Virus record (IMG/VR): IMGVR_UViG_3300020196_000026
Coordinates: 5,102 to 69,101 of that record
Reading direction: 5' to 3' (one strand)
Origin: a virus
Length of the DNA stretch: 64,000 nt
Position 1 is the stretch's first letter. Each line of letters begins with the position of its first letter. The notes under the pieces are model-generated. The model made no database searches and was not told the DNA's origin. It worked only from the letters and a program-made list of their open reading frames with translations. The position numbers were made by a program, and so were the translations under genes. Shown here in pieces: positions 9,662-18,005 of the stretch.

Positions 9662-10078
9662 ATGACTGTTGAGTCTCCAGCCGACGTACCTCTTTTTAGC
9701 TTTAAGCACCAGAACTTAAGCGACCCGCCATTCTTTGGCTCCGTGTCGCCTATAGTTAAAGAAAACGACGGTCAAGATAAGCGACCCCAAGAAACTCCAT
9801 TTTTTAATTCTAGGCAGTTCTGCCTTTGGAAAGAGGGGGAACTCTCTCAGTACAACCAATTAGTAGACGTTCTGGTAAAATGGAGAGATAGAGGTTGGTG
9901 CGAGTTCACGGAAGTTACAGAGTGGGTTGAGGCCAAAGAAAACTGGACCTCTTGGATTAAGTATTACGCCTTACTGCAAATTCCGGCAGAAGAAATGCAT
10001 CTTTATCTCTATGAAATGAATATTCTAAATATGCCGATGCAGATGAATGAAGACCAGTCAGACAAGGAGATATTGTAG
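9662..10078 (+). CDS. Hypothetical protein
   Basis: 138-aa ORF in operon-like context. Confidence 0.6.
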   Translation: MTVESPADVPLFSFKHQNLSDPPFFGSVSPIVKENDGQDKRPQETPFFNSRQFCLWKEGELSQYNQLVDVLVKWRDRGWCEFTEVTEWVEAKENWTSWIKYYALLQIPAEEMHLYLYEMNILNMPMQMNEDQSDKEIL

Positions 10079-10079
10079 T

Positions 10080-10871
10080 ATGGTTCCTTACAAAAATTAT
10101 ATTAAAAGTTTCAATGCGAAAACTATCAGAGATGTGGAGGCGGCAAAAGCGGTCAAGTATGGCGGCGTGCAGCTTTCTCCGAATGCGACCGCAGCTGGAT
10201 TGCCGTCCTTAGGAGATTTGAGTCAAAATCCTAATTTCTCCGAACTGAAACTTCCGCCCCGCCCAACCCTAGAGCAATTGCTAGGCCCTGGACGTGTGTG
10301 GGATGAAGAAAGGGGCGTAGTGATAAACCGTGCTCGGCAACTGCAAGAACTCCGTGACGCGATGCGCGCGAGTATGATTCCAACTTTTGACGAACAAGTA
10401 AGGGCGAGACAAGAACTTGAACAGCACCTTATTAACACTGAAAAAGACACCCAAACAGCTGCTATTAACGCTGTATCCGCCCTCGCCCCCGTCCCTCCTA
10501 TAGGCAGAGGCCCCCTTTTGCCAAATGCGGCTTCTGCTAGGCAGTACGGGCGAGAAAATTATGCAACTACCCCTGTTCCAACGCAATTAATCAATGTGAA
10601 TCCGCCTAAGCCTAAGTTTCCTGATAAAAGCCCGCTTCAATACCTTCTTAATCCAACTGATAATAATTATGCCAATTACGGTATTGCAGGCGGTATTGGA
10701 GCTCTTGCCCTTGGTGCTTTAGGTAGCCTTTTATCCGAACGCAAAAATAGAATGAGAAATACGCTACTGTATGCTTTGCTTGGTGGGGGTCTGGGTCTTG
10801 GAGCAAAGTATTTAGCGGATCGTTATGGAGTTGGCGGTGTAAATTCTGCTGACTCTAGTGTAAAAGCCTAA
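10080..10871 (+). CDS. PY-leader protein with C-terminal glycine-zipper hairpin
   Basis: Likely start ATG 10080 (MVPYKNYIK...), directly after the upstream stop; ANYGIAGGIGALALG...LYALLGGGLGLG. Confidence 0.65.
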   Translation: MVPYKNYIKSFNAKTIRDVEAAKAVKYGGVQLSPNATAAGLPSLGDLSQNPNFSELKLPPRPTLEQLLGPGRVWDEERGVVINRARQLQELRDAMRASMIPTFDEQVRARQELEQHLINTEKDTQTAAINAVSALAPVPPIGRGPLLPNAASARQYGRENYATTPVPTQLINVNPPKPKFPDKSPLQYLLNPTDNNYANYGIAGGIGALALGALGSLLSERKNRMRNTLLYALLGGGLGLGAKYLADRYGVGGVNSADSSVKA

Positions 10872-10876
10872 TAGCC

Positions 10877-10918
10877 GTGCCTGCTAAAACTAAAAAGCAA
10901 CAAAGATTTTTTCAGTAA
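10877..10918 (+). pseudogene. 13-codon remnant of the start of gene 11412
   Basis: GTG CCT GCT AAA ACT AAA AAG CAA CAA AGA TTT TTT CAG TAA = MPAKTKKQQRFFQ*, vs MPAQSKKQQRFFG at 11412. Confidence 0.8.
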
Positions 10919-10940
10919 ATTATATAAAGGGATAATAATA

Positions 10941-11390
10941 ATGCCTTACTCTCACTATCGTCCAATTCTTAAACAATCCAATATCACTGTTGGGGATGCT
11001 CTTGCAGCGTTGAATCCAACTAGCCACCAGGTCTGGCCCCAGATGAGTCTAACTACTAATCCTCTAGCAGACTACGGCATTTATGCAGGCGGTGGCGGAC
11101 TTGCTGGCGCTAGTATTGGTGCTCTGGTAAATGCACTACGTGGTGAGTCTAAGCTTAAGGGTGCGCTGATTGGTGGCGGCATTGGCGCCGGCCTTGGCGC
11201 TGGCGCAAAAGCTCTTGGCGACTATATGCTTTCAGACGAAGTTGCTGAACTTGCAAAACTTGATAGGGAAAGCGAGACTGAATTCCGCTGGCCATGGAAG
11301 ACCTTCCCGAGTGAGAAGGCTAAAGCAATCAAAGAAGAGTCGTTACTTAAAAACATTATGAGGAGTCTAGAGAACGCTTCAAGATCCTAG
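10941..11390 (+). CDS. PYSHY-leader glycine-zipper protein (module shared with 2681..3250)
   Basis: MPYSHYRPILKQS leader; LADYGIYAGGGGLAGASIGALVNALRGESKLKGALIGGG. Confidence 0.75.
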   Translation: MPYSHYRPILKQSNITVGDALAALNPTSHQVWPQMSLTTNPLADYGIYAGGGGLAGASIGALVNALRGESKLKGALIGGGIGAGLGAGAKALGDYMLSDEVAELAKLDRESETEFRWPWKTFPSEKAKAIKEESLLKNIMRSLENASRS

Positions 11391-11411
11391 CCTTCTTAAA
11401 GGAAGGAAAAT

Positions 11412-12413
11412 ATGCCTGCTCAGAGCAAGAAGCAACAACGCTTTTTTGGTTTAGTTAAGGCTATTCAAGAAGGCAAAGCTACTGGCTCTGGTAAGGCTGA
11501 GCAAGCTGCGGCAAGTATGTCTGAAGAGGATGTGCGTGACTTTGCCAAGACGGAGCATGAAGGTCTACCGGAAAGCAAAAAGGAATCCATGGATCCCAAC
11601 GTAAAACAACTACTTAACTATGCTGCCATCAGTGCAGGAGTAGGTCTTGGCGGCGTGGGGCTCTATGGCCTTGGTAAGTATCTGCATGATGAATCTATGT
11701 TTGGTTTACCTGGCCAAGAGAGTCGTTTAAAGAGTATGGAGAAGCGTATTGCTATTCCAAAGAGCCACAAGATAGAAAAGTATCTACCTAATGATATAGC
11801 TAGCCCTACTGATATGCTGCCAGAGAAAGCAGACGAAACCACTTCGGATCTTTCTCAGGAGACTATAGACGACATGGAGAATCCTAAGGAACTCAGTGAG
11901 AAGGCGTCTGGATGGGGTGAGTGGATCACAGAGCCGCTGGTGTATGGTATGGCTACCCCAACTGCAATGTTAGCTCCGGGTATTCTTACCTTCATGCTTG
12001 GCACTCGACTTATCGATAAAGCCCGTAAGGAAAAGATGGAATCTAAGATTGAAAAGGCTAAGAAAGAATTTGAAAAAGTTCTTTCAAAACAATCCTCTGA
12101 GCTTCAACTGCAGGTCGATGGTTTAGTAAAACAGGCTATTGATCCAATTCCCCCTGACAAGATTCAGAGAACGCCAGACCCCCATGGACCAGGATTGAAC
12201 ATTCCGGGTGCCGCTTTTGCTTTAGGCCTTACCCCCGGCATAGGGATGCTGCTTGGCTGGTGGTATATGCAAAACAAAATGAAGAACGATGAGGACAGAG
12301 CTAAGCTCAAGAGCATGCAGAGTTTGCTTAAGCGCGATATTGCTTCCGGTGCTTTTGCATCGGGTGTTGATCTTGAAGAAACCACCGAAGGTAAACCAAA
12401 ATTTAAACTTTAA
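11412..12413 (+). CDS. DUF3008-like N-terminal domain fused to three hydrophobic segments
   Basis: MPAQSKKQQRFFG...SMSEEDVRDFAKTEHEGLPE resembles DUF3008; segments are preceded by KES, KAS and KQA. Confidence 0.6.
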   Translation: MPAQSKKQQRFFGLVKAIQEGKATGSGKAEQAAASMSEEDVRDFAKTEHEGLPESKKESMDPNVKQLLNYAAISAGVGLGGVGLYGLGKYLHDESMFGLPGQESRLKSMEKRIAIPKSHKIEKYLPNDIASPTDMLPEKADETTSDLSQETIDDMENPKELSEKASGWGEWITEPLVYGMATPTAMLAPGILTFMLGTRLIDKARKEKMESKIEKAKKEFEKVLSKQSSELQLQVDGLVKQAIDPIPPDKIQRTPDPHGPGLNIPGAAFALGLTPGIGMLLGWWYMQNKMKNDEDRAKLKSMQSLLKRDIASGAFASGVDLEETTEGKPKFKL

Positions 12414-12430
12414 ATTAAAATAAAAGTTCC

Positions 12431-15400
12431 ATGCCTATGCCTGGTGCAGATGACTTAAATCAACTCGTAGCTCCCTCTGCTCCAGTACTGAGAGGCTTTA
12501 ATGATTACCGCATTACTCGTAAGAACATTTTTGACGGTGTAAAGAATGCGGTATTGTCAAAGTTTCCTTTGCAGAACACTCGATACACTGTCGAGCTCTC
12601 GGGCCTAGACTACAGCCGTTCAGAACCCTACAGTATAAAGGAACAGCAAGAAGCTTTGATGCAGAATCAGAGTCTTTATATTCCATTGCGGGGTCGCCTG
12701 GTAATGAAGGATAACGTTACCGGTGAGATTCTGGATAGGACTGATAAATCTATTACTCTCGCCAGAGTACCTTATCTTACAGATCGTGGTACTTTTATTA
12801 AATCAGGTAGTGAATACACTGTAGCCAATCAGTCTCGGCTGCTTGCAGGACCATACGTTCGTAAGCGTAAGTCTGGTGAATTTGAGGCGCACTTTAACAC
12901 TATGCCTGGCAAGGGTCGTGGTTTTCGTATGGCATTCATGCCAGATACCGGAAAGTTTGTTGCTGAGATTGGGCAGTCCGTTGCTCCTGCTTACCCAATG
13001 TTTAAGGCCTTAGGTATTGATGACTCTATTCTTGAGCGCACCTGGGGCAAAGAACTCCTGGAGTCAAACAAGATCGGCTCTACCTATGACGCAGCTCGTA
13101 TCTATGAACGACTAACCAATAGTCCTTCAAAGGGATTAGATGATGCCACAATCTATCAAGGCATCAAGGATGCTCTTTATAAGACTGAATTAGACCCCGA
13201 GGTTACTCGTCGTACTCTGAGCTACGCCGAAGCTATCAAAAAGCAGGCAGATGTACCTCTGCGCGGCACTCTTAAGATTGAAGACGAAGGTTATATTACC
13301 GTACCTGCAGGATTCGTGGACAGTGTTTTCTATGCACTCCGAGATTCTGACAAGGCTCCTGCTATCTCTCCCGTTGCCAATAAGAATAAGCTTATTGTCA
13401 TTACAGCAGAGGAGCTTAAACAGTTAAAAAAAGTCTTCCGTAAGAATTTTGAGACTACTTGCGGTTCTGGCCGCAGATTTACCTACAATATTCGCAACGT
13501 ACTGCCCCCCAGCAACGGCGAATATTGCATTGATATCGAGTGCCCAGAGCTAGAGCAACTGCGTAGAAGCCTCTTGCTCGATGCCAAGCCTCGTGGTGGG
13601 TTTAGACTAACTGTAGGTACAAAAGTTGCTGCTGATTTAAATGAATTGCTGACTGAGAAGGAAGCCGCTCCCCTGCCAACTATGCAAGACTTCGAGTATG
13701 AGCAAATGCAGCTTAACGACGAAGACCTAAGCAGAATTACCGGTAATACCTTACTACGCGTTTCTCAGAAGATTCTCAATGCTCAGCGTGGCCTTGAGGA
13801 TCAGGATGACCGTGACTCTTTGGCTTATCAGAAGTTTCTAGGCCCAGAGGACTTCTTCTCTGAGAGAATTCAGAAGGATGCTGGTGCAGCTGTCAGAACA
13901 GCTTTGTTTAAAGCTACCAATAAAGGTAATTTAAACTCTTTCCGCAATGGTGTATTCACACCAGTGCTTAACGGCGTACTTATAGGATCTGGTCTTGGCG
14001 CACCCATTGAGGAAGTGAACCCGATGGAGATTCTGGACCAGAATATGCGTGTAATTCGTACAGGTGAGGGAGGCATCGGTTCGGCTGCTCACGGCATCCC
14101 TGTTGACAGTCGTTCAGTGCAGCCTTCTCATCTCGGGTTTCTAGATCCAGTTCGTACTCCTGAGTCCGACAAAGTAGGTATTGATCTACGACTTACCGTA
14201 GGCTCCTACAAGGGCTCAGATGGCCAGATATACTCCAAGATGCGCAGAACTAAGACCGGTAAGCTAGAGCCTGTGGCGGCTCGTACGCTTATCGATTCTA
14301 TTGTTGCATTTCCTGGAGAACTTGCACGCTCGGCGAAGACAGGAGATCCAATCAGGGCGATGGTGCGTGGCCGCATTTCCTATGTCGATCCCACAGAGGT
14401 CGAATACGAAGTGCCTGCCCATAGCAACATGTTTAATATTAATTCCAACCTTGTACCTGGTATCTCAGGTGTCAAGGGTGGACGCCTGCTTATGGGCTCT
14501 AAATACTTCACTCAGGCGTTACCTGTCCAGGGTGCCGAAGCGCCCCTGGTACAGGGATTAGACCCTAATGACGCAGATGGTAGATCGTTTGAGGAACAGC
14601 TTGTGCCACACCTTGGTGCTGTTGCTGCTGAAACCGAACTTGGCAATGGTCTCGTTACTGCGATTACGCCAGAATACGTTGAGGTAAAGCACGGCAAAGA
14701 AAAACGTCGTTATGAGCTGTACAACAACTTTCCATTCAATCGCAAGACTTATATCCATAATACGCCAACGGTTAAGTTGGGAGATCAGATCAAACCGGGC
14801 CAGCTTCTGGCTAAGTCTAATTTTTCTGACGACCAAGGCAGACTTGCTATGGGTCGTAATCTAAAGGTAGCGTATACGGTTTGGGGTGACACTGAACTGG
14901 GCGGCTCTAACTTTGAAGACGGCGTAGTCATGTCTGAAACGGCCGCTAAAAAGATGTCCTCGGAGCATATGTACACTGTTGGCTATGACAGCAAAGATGA
15001 CTATGAAGCCAACTTTAACAAATTTATTTCTCTATTTCCAGGACAGTACAACAAAGAGCAGTTAGCCAACCTTGACTCTGCTACAGGTGTCGTTAGGCCA
15101 GGTACTGTTTTAAATCCTGGTGATCCTATTATTCTTGGTGTAGGTGAAAGGAGGTCTGATGTATTTGGCCTGATGAAGAAGGCCAGACCGAGCTATACGA
15201 ATAGAGCTCAGACCTGGGATCATAGCCAGCCAGGTGTTGTGACCGATGTTACCAAGAATCGCAGCGGATATCAGGTTGCAATTAAGTCCTATAAGCCAAT
15301 GTCCATAGGCGATAAGCTAGTCGGTCGTTATGGCGATAAGGGTGTTATTTCCACTATTATTCCAGACGAGGATATGCCAAAGGATAAGGAAGGCAATTCA

Positions 15401-17347
15401 TATGAAGTTATTTATAATCCCCTCGCTCTTGTCACTCGTGTTAATCCTGTGCAGGCCGTGGAAGCTGCAATGGGAAAGATTGCAGCCAAGACCGGCGTAC
15501 CTATCAAGCTTCCAGCATTCTTGGATGAAAGTTTTATAGATTTTGCACAACGAGAGCTAAAGAAAAACAAGCTTACCGATACAGAGACCCTTTATGATCC
15601 AAGACTCAATCGCAATATAGATAACGTATTTACCGGAAATCGCTATTTCCTAAACTTACATCATCAGGCAGAGAAGAAGTTGAGCGCCCGTGATGTCGGT
15701 GGCTACAGCACTGAAGAGACTCCAGTCAAGGGTGGAACAGAGGGCGCTAAGCGTATTTCTATCTCTGATATGAATGCTCTCCTTGCCCACGGCGCTATCG
15801 AAGTGATTAAGGATGCCAGACTTATCCGTGGTCAGAAGAACGACGAATACTGGCGTGCAATCAAGATGGGTACTCCGGTGCCTTCCGTTAATGTCCCCTT
15901 CGTATGGGATAAGTTTGTAGCCCAGCTCAAGGGTGCCGGAGTAAATGTAGAGCGTCAAGGCGGCGCCATAAACATTTATGGTATGACCGGTGAGGATGTA
16001 AAGAATTTATCTGGCGGCGAGGTTAAGGACTTTCGGGATATCGACTTTAAGACCGGTAAAGCCTATGACGGCGGCTTCTTCGACGAAAAGATCTTTGGCG
16101 TCAACCAGTCATTTTTCGGTCATTTCCCGCTTGCTGCCAAGATAGTTAACCCCGTCATGGAAGATGTGGTGCGATCTCTTACAGGCCTTACCAAGAAGGA
16201 TTTTGAATCCTTAGTCTCAGGCGATACGATTAAGGGCATTCGTGGTATGGGGGGACTGGAGCAGAAGCTTATTGGAATGAATGTTCCTGCGGAGATCGAG
16301 GCTACTCGTAGAGAAATCACGGGGTCTAAAGGTCAGAAACGCAGTAATGCTATTTCTAAGTTGTCATACCTGGAAGGCATGGAGAAACGTAAGATTAAGC
16401 CAAAGGATTTCTTCTGGGAAGACATGCCAGTACTGCCGCCTCGCTTTAGACCGATTACCGATACCGGCAATATGCAGATGATCTCAGATATGAACTATCT
16501 ATACAAAGAGCTGTTTAGCATGAACAGCAATCTCAAAGATCTGCAGAGTGAGCTCGGCAATGAAGCTACAGGCAAGGAGCAGCTTGCACTTTATAAGATG
16601 ATTAAGGCTACAGTTGGACTTGCAGATCCTGCTAGTGCAAAGCTTAAGCAAAAAAATGTCAATGGCATTATTAGACACATTCTAGGTAATAACCCGAAAT
16701 TCTCAATGTTCCAACGCAAAGTCTTGTCTTCTACAGTAGAAGGCGTAGGTAATGCTGTTATTACTCCAGACCCCTCGCTAGATATGGACCACGTCGGTGT
16801 ACCTGAGGATATGGCATTCTCTGTATTCCGCCCATACGTAGTTCGATCCCTCGTTGCCTCAGGGGCAAATCCTCTGGAAGCGATGAAGCAGGTTGAGAGT
16901 AGAACACCAACTGCCAAGCGAGCTCTACTCGCTGAAATGGAGAAGCGCCCGGTTATGATTACTCGAGCGCCCGTACTGCATAAGTACAACTTCATGGCAG
17001 CCAAGCCAAGATTGACCACGGGTAGCACTCTTAAACTATCGCCATCTGTTGTTGTTGGATTTAATGCAGACTTTGATGGTGATCAGATGCGGTTACACGT
17101 TCCTTCTTCTCAGAAGGCTATAGCGGAAGCCTATGATCGTATGTTGCCTAGTCGTAATCTATTGTCTGCCGCAACATTCCAGGCTCAGCCGTTTATTAAA
17201 AACGAGTTTTTATACGGTCTTTATTTAGCCAGCAAGAACTCACCAGATAAGAAAAACGTCAAGGTATTCCGCTCCAAGAATGACGTAATTCAGGCGTTTA
17301 ATCGAGGCGAGCTTAGCGCTACTGACACCGTAAAGATAGTAAGATGA
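12431..17347 (+). CDS. Phage multisubunit DNA-directed RNA polymerase: beta fused to the N-terminal half of beta'
   Basis: beta motifs GTFIKSGSEY, DPVRTPES, RLLMGSKYFTQA, NFEDG, GDKLVGRYGDKG, LHHQAEKKLSAR; beta' motifs PVLPPRFRP, RAPVLH and catalytic FNADFDGDQM (NADFDGD at 17063-17083). Confidence 0.95.
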   Translation: MPMPGADDLNQLVAPSAPVLRGFNDYRITRKNIFDGVKNAVLSKFPLQNTRYTVELSGLDYSRSEPYSIKEQQEALMQNQSLYIPLRGRLVMKDNVTGEILDRTDKSITLARVPYLTDRGTFIKSGSEYTVANQSRLLAGPYVRKRKSGEFEAHFNTMPGKGRGFRMAFMPDTGKFVAEIGQSVAPAYPMFKALGIDDSILERTWGKELLESNKIGSTYDAARIYERLTNSPSKGLDDATIYQGIKDALYKTELDPEVTRRTLSYAEAIKKQADVPLRGTLKIEDEGYITVPAGFVDSVFYALRDSDKAPAISPVANKNKLIVITAEELKQLKKVFRKNFETTCGSGRRFTYNIRNVLPPSNGEYCIDIECPELEQLRRSLLLDAKPRGGFRLTVGTKVAADLNELLTEKEAAPLPTMQDFEYEQMQLNDEDLSRITGNTLLRVSQKILNAQRGLEDQDDRDSLAYQKFLGPEDFFSERIQKDAGAAVRTALFKATNKGNLNSFRNGVFTPVLNGVLIGSGLGAPIEEVNPMEILDQNMRVIRTGEGGIGSAAHGIPVDSRSVQPSHLGFLDPVRTPESDKVGIDLRLTVGSYKGSDGQIYSKMRRTKTGKLEPVAARTLIDSIVAFPGELARSAKTGDPIRAMVRGRISYVDPTEVEYEVPAHSNMFNINSNLVPGISGVKGGRLLMGSKYFTQALPVQGAEAPLVQGLDPNDADGRSFEEQLVPHLGAVAAETELGNGLVTAITPEYVEVKHGKEKRRYELYNNFPFNRKTYIHNTPTVKLGDQIKPGQLLAKSNFSDDQGRLAMGRNLKVAYTVWGDTELGGSNFEDGVVMSETAAKKMSSEHMYTVGYDSKDDYEANFNKFISLFPGQYNKEQLANLDSATGVVRPGTVLNPGDPIILGVGERRSDVFGLMKKARPSYTNRAQTWDHSQPGVVTDVTKNRSGYQVAIKSYKPMSIGDKLVGRYGDKGVISTIIPDEDMPKDKEGNSYEVIYNPLALVTRVNPVQAVEAAMGKIAAKTGVPIKLPAFLDESFIDFAQRELKKNKLTDTETLYDPRLNRNIDNVFTGNRYFLNLHHQAEKKLSARDVGGYSTEETPVKGGTEGAKRISISDMNALLAHGAIEVIKDARLIRGQKNDEYWRAIKMGTPVPSVNVPFVWDKFVAQLKGAGVNVERQGGAINIYGMTGEDVKNLSGGEVKDFRDIDFKTGKAYDGGFFDEKIFGVNQSFFGHFPLAAKIVNPVMEDVVRSLTGLTKKDFESLVSGDTIKGIRGMGGLEQKLIGMNVPAEIEATRREITGSKGQKRSNAISKLSYLEGMEKRKIKPKDFFWEDMPVLPPRFRPITDTGNMQMISDMNYLYKELFSMNSNLKDLQSELGNEATGKEQLALYKMIKATVGLADPASAKLKQKNVNGIIRHILGNNPKFSMFQRKVLSSTVEGVGNAVITPDPSLDMDHVGVPEDMAFSVFRPYVVRSLVASGANPLEAMKQVESRTPTAKRALLAEMEKRPVMITRAPVLHKYNFMAAKPRLTTGSTLKLSPSVVVGFNADFDGDQMRLHVPSSQKAIAEAYDRMLPSRNLLSAATFQAQPFIKNEFLYGLYLASKNSPDKKNVKVFRSKNDVIQAFNRGELSATDTVKIVR

Positions 17348-17964
17348 CTCAGCCATATTCCCAACTCGTAAAGATTCACGGTAAACAGTCAATGGCTAAA
17401 CAAATGAACAAGCAATCCAAATATCATATGTTACGTCAATACCTCATGCAGAAGATTGCATACGATTCGAAGCAAGAGGAGGAGGCAATCCAGCGCCTTA
17501 AAGCGCAGGAGGCAATCATACAGAGACTAGGCCTTACAGGCCAAGTTAATTTTGTAGGTGCCTTCGGTAATAAACCTGGAATCGCCGTTCGTCCAGACGG
17601 TAAAACAGCAATAGATCCCCTAGAACAAGTTGCCTTAAATAACTTTTTGGCTAGCACTGCCCCGCTCCGTACGACCGGACAACCAGGTTATCAAGGCGGC
17701 CAGGGGGTTACTGGAACGCCGCCAGCTATGCCGCCACCAGCAAAACCTCCAGTTTCTGCAACTCCTACGGCATCAGCAAAACCTCCAGTTTCTGCAACTC
17801 CTACGGCATCAGCAAAACCTGCAATTCCAGCGTCTTCTACGCCACCACCAAAACCTCCAGTTTCTGCAACTCCTACGGCATCAGCAAAACCTCCTAAACC
17901 CGTAGTTACTAAACCTAAAGGTATTCCTAGTGGGACGGGCGGTGCAGGTATAGATGATCCATAA
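17344..17964 (+). CDS. Pro/Ala/Thr-rich protein with composite leader (alternative start 17392)
   Basis: MTQPYSQ...KQSMAKQMNKQS...YLMQKIA; AKPPVSATPTAS repeats. Confidence 0.65.
   Translation: MTQPYSQLVKIHGKQSMAKQMNKQSKYHMLRQYLMQKIAYDSKQEEEAIQRLKAQEAIIQRLGLTGQVNFVGAFGNKPGIAVRPDGKTAIDPLEQVALNNFLASTAPLRTTGQPGYQGGQGVTGTPPAMPPPAKPPVSATPTASAKPPVSATPTASAKPAIPASSTPPPKPPVSATPTASAKPPKPVVTKPKGIPSGTGGAGIDDP
17364..17411 (+). repeat. 48-nt direct repeat of 19112-19159
   Basis: actcgtaaagattca(c/t)ggtaaacagtcaatggctaaacaaa(t/a)gaacaa, 46/48 identical. Confidence 0.95.
17740..17893 (+). repeat. 36-bp imperfect tandem repeat (AKPPVSATPTAS)
   Basis: gcaaaacctccagtttctgcaactcctacggcatca at 17740 and 17776, recurring near 17850. 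Confidence 0.9.
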
Positions 17965-18005
17965 ATAAGTATTACTTAGTCCTAAAATCAAACTAAGAGT
18001 ATAAA

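Noticed and set aside
13241-13666. Intein in RNAP beta
   Set aside because: No N-terminal Cys/Ser block, no His-Asn|Cys/Ser/Thr terminus and no LAGLIDADG motifs.
12431-17347. Cellular rpoB-rpoC locus
   Set aside because: No ribosomal-protein neighbours, strongly diverged motifs, split beta', and phage head/tail gene context.
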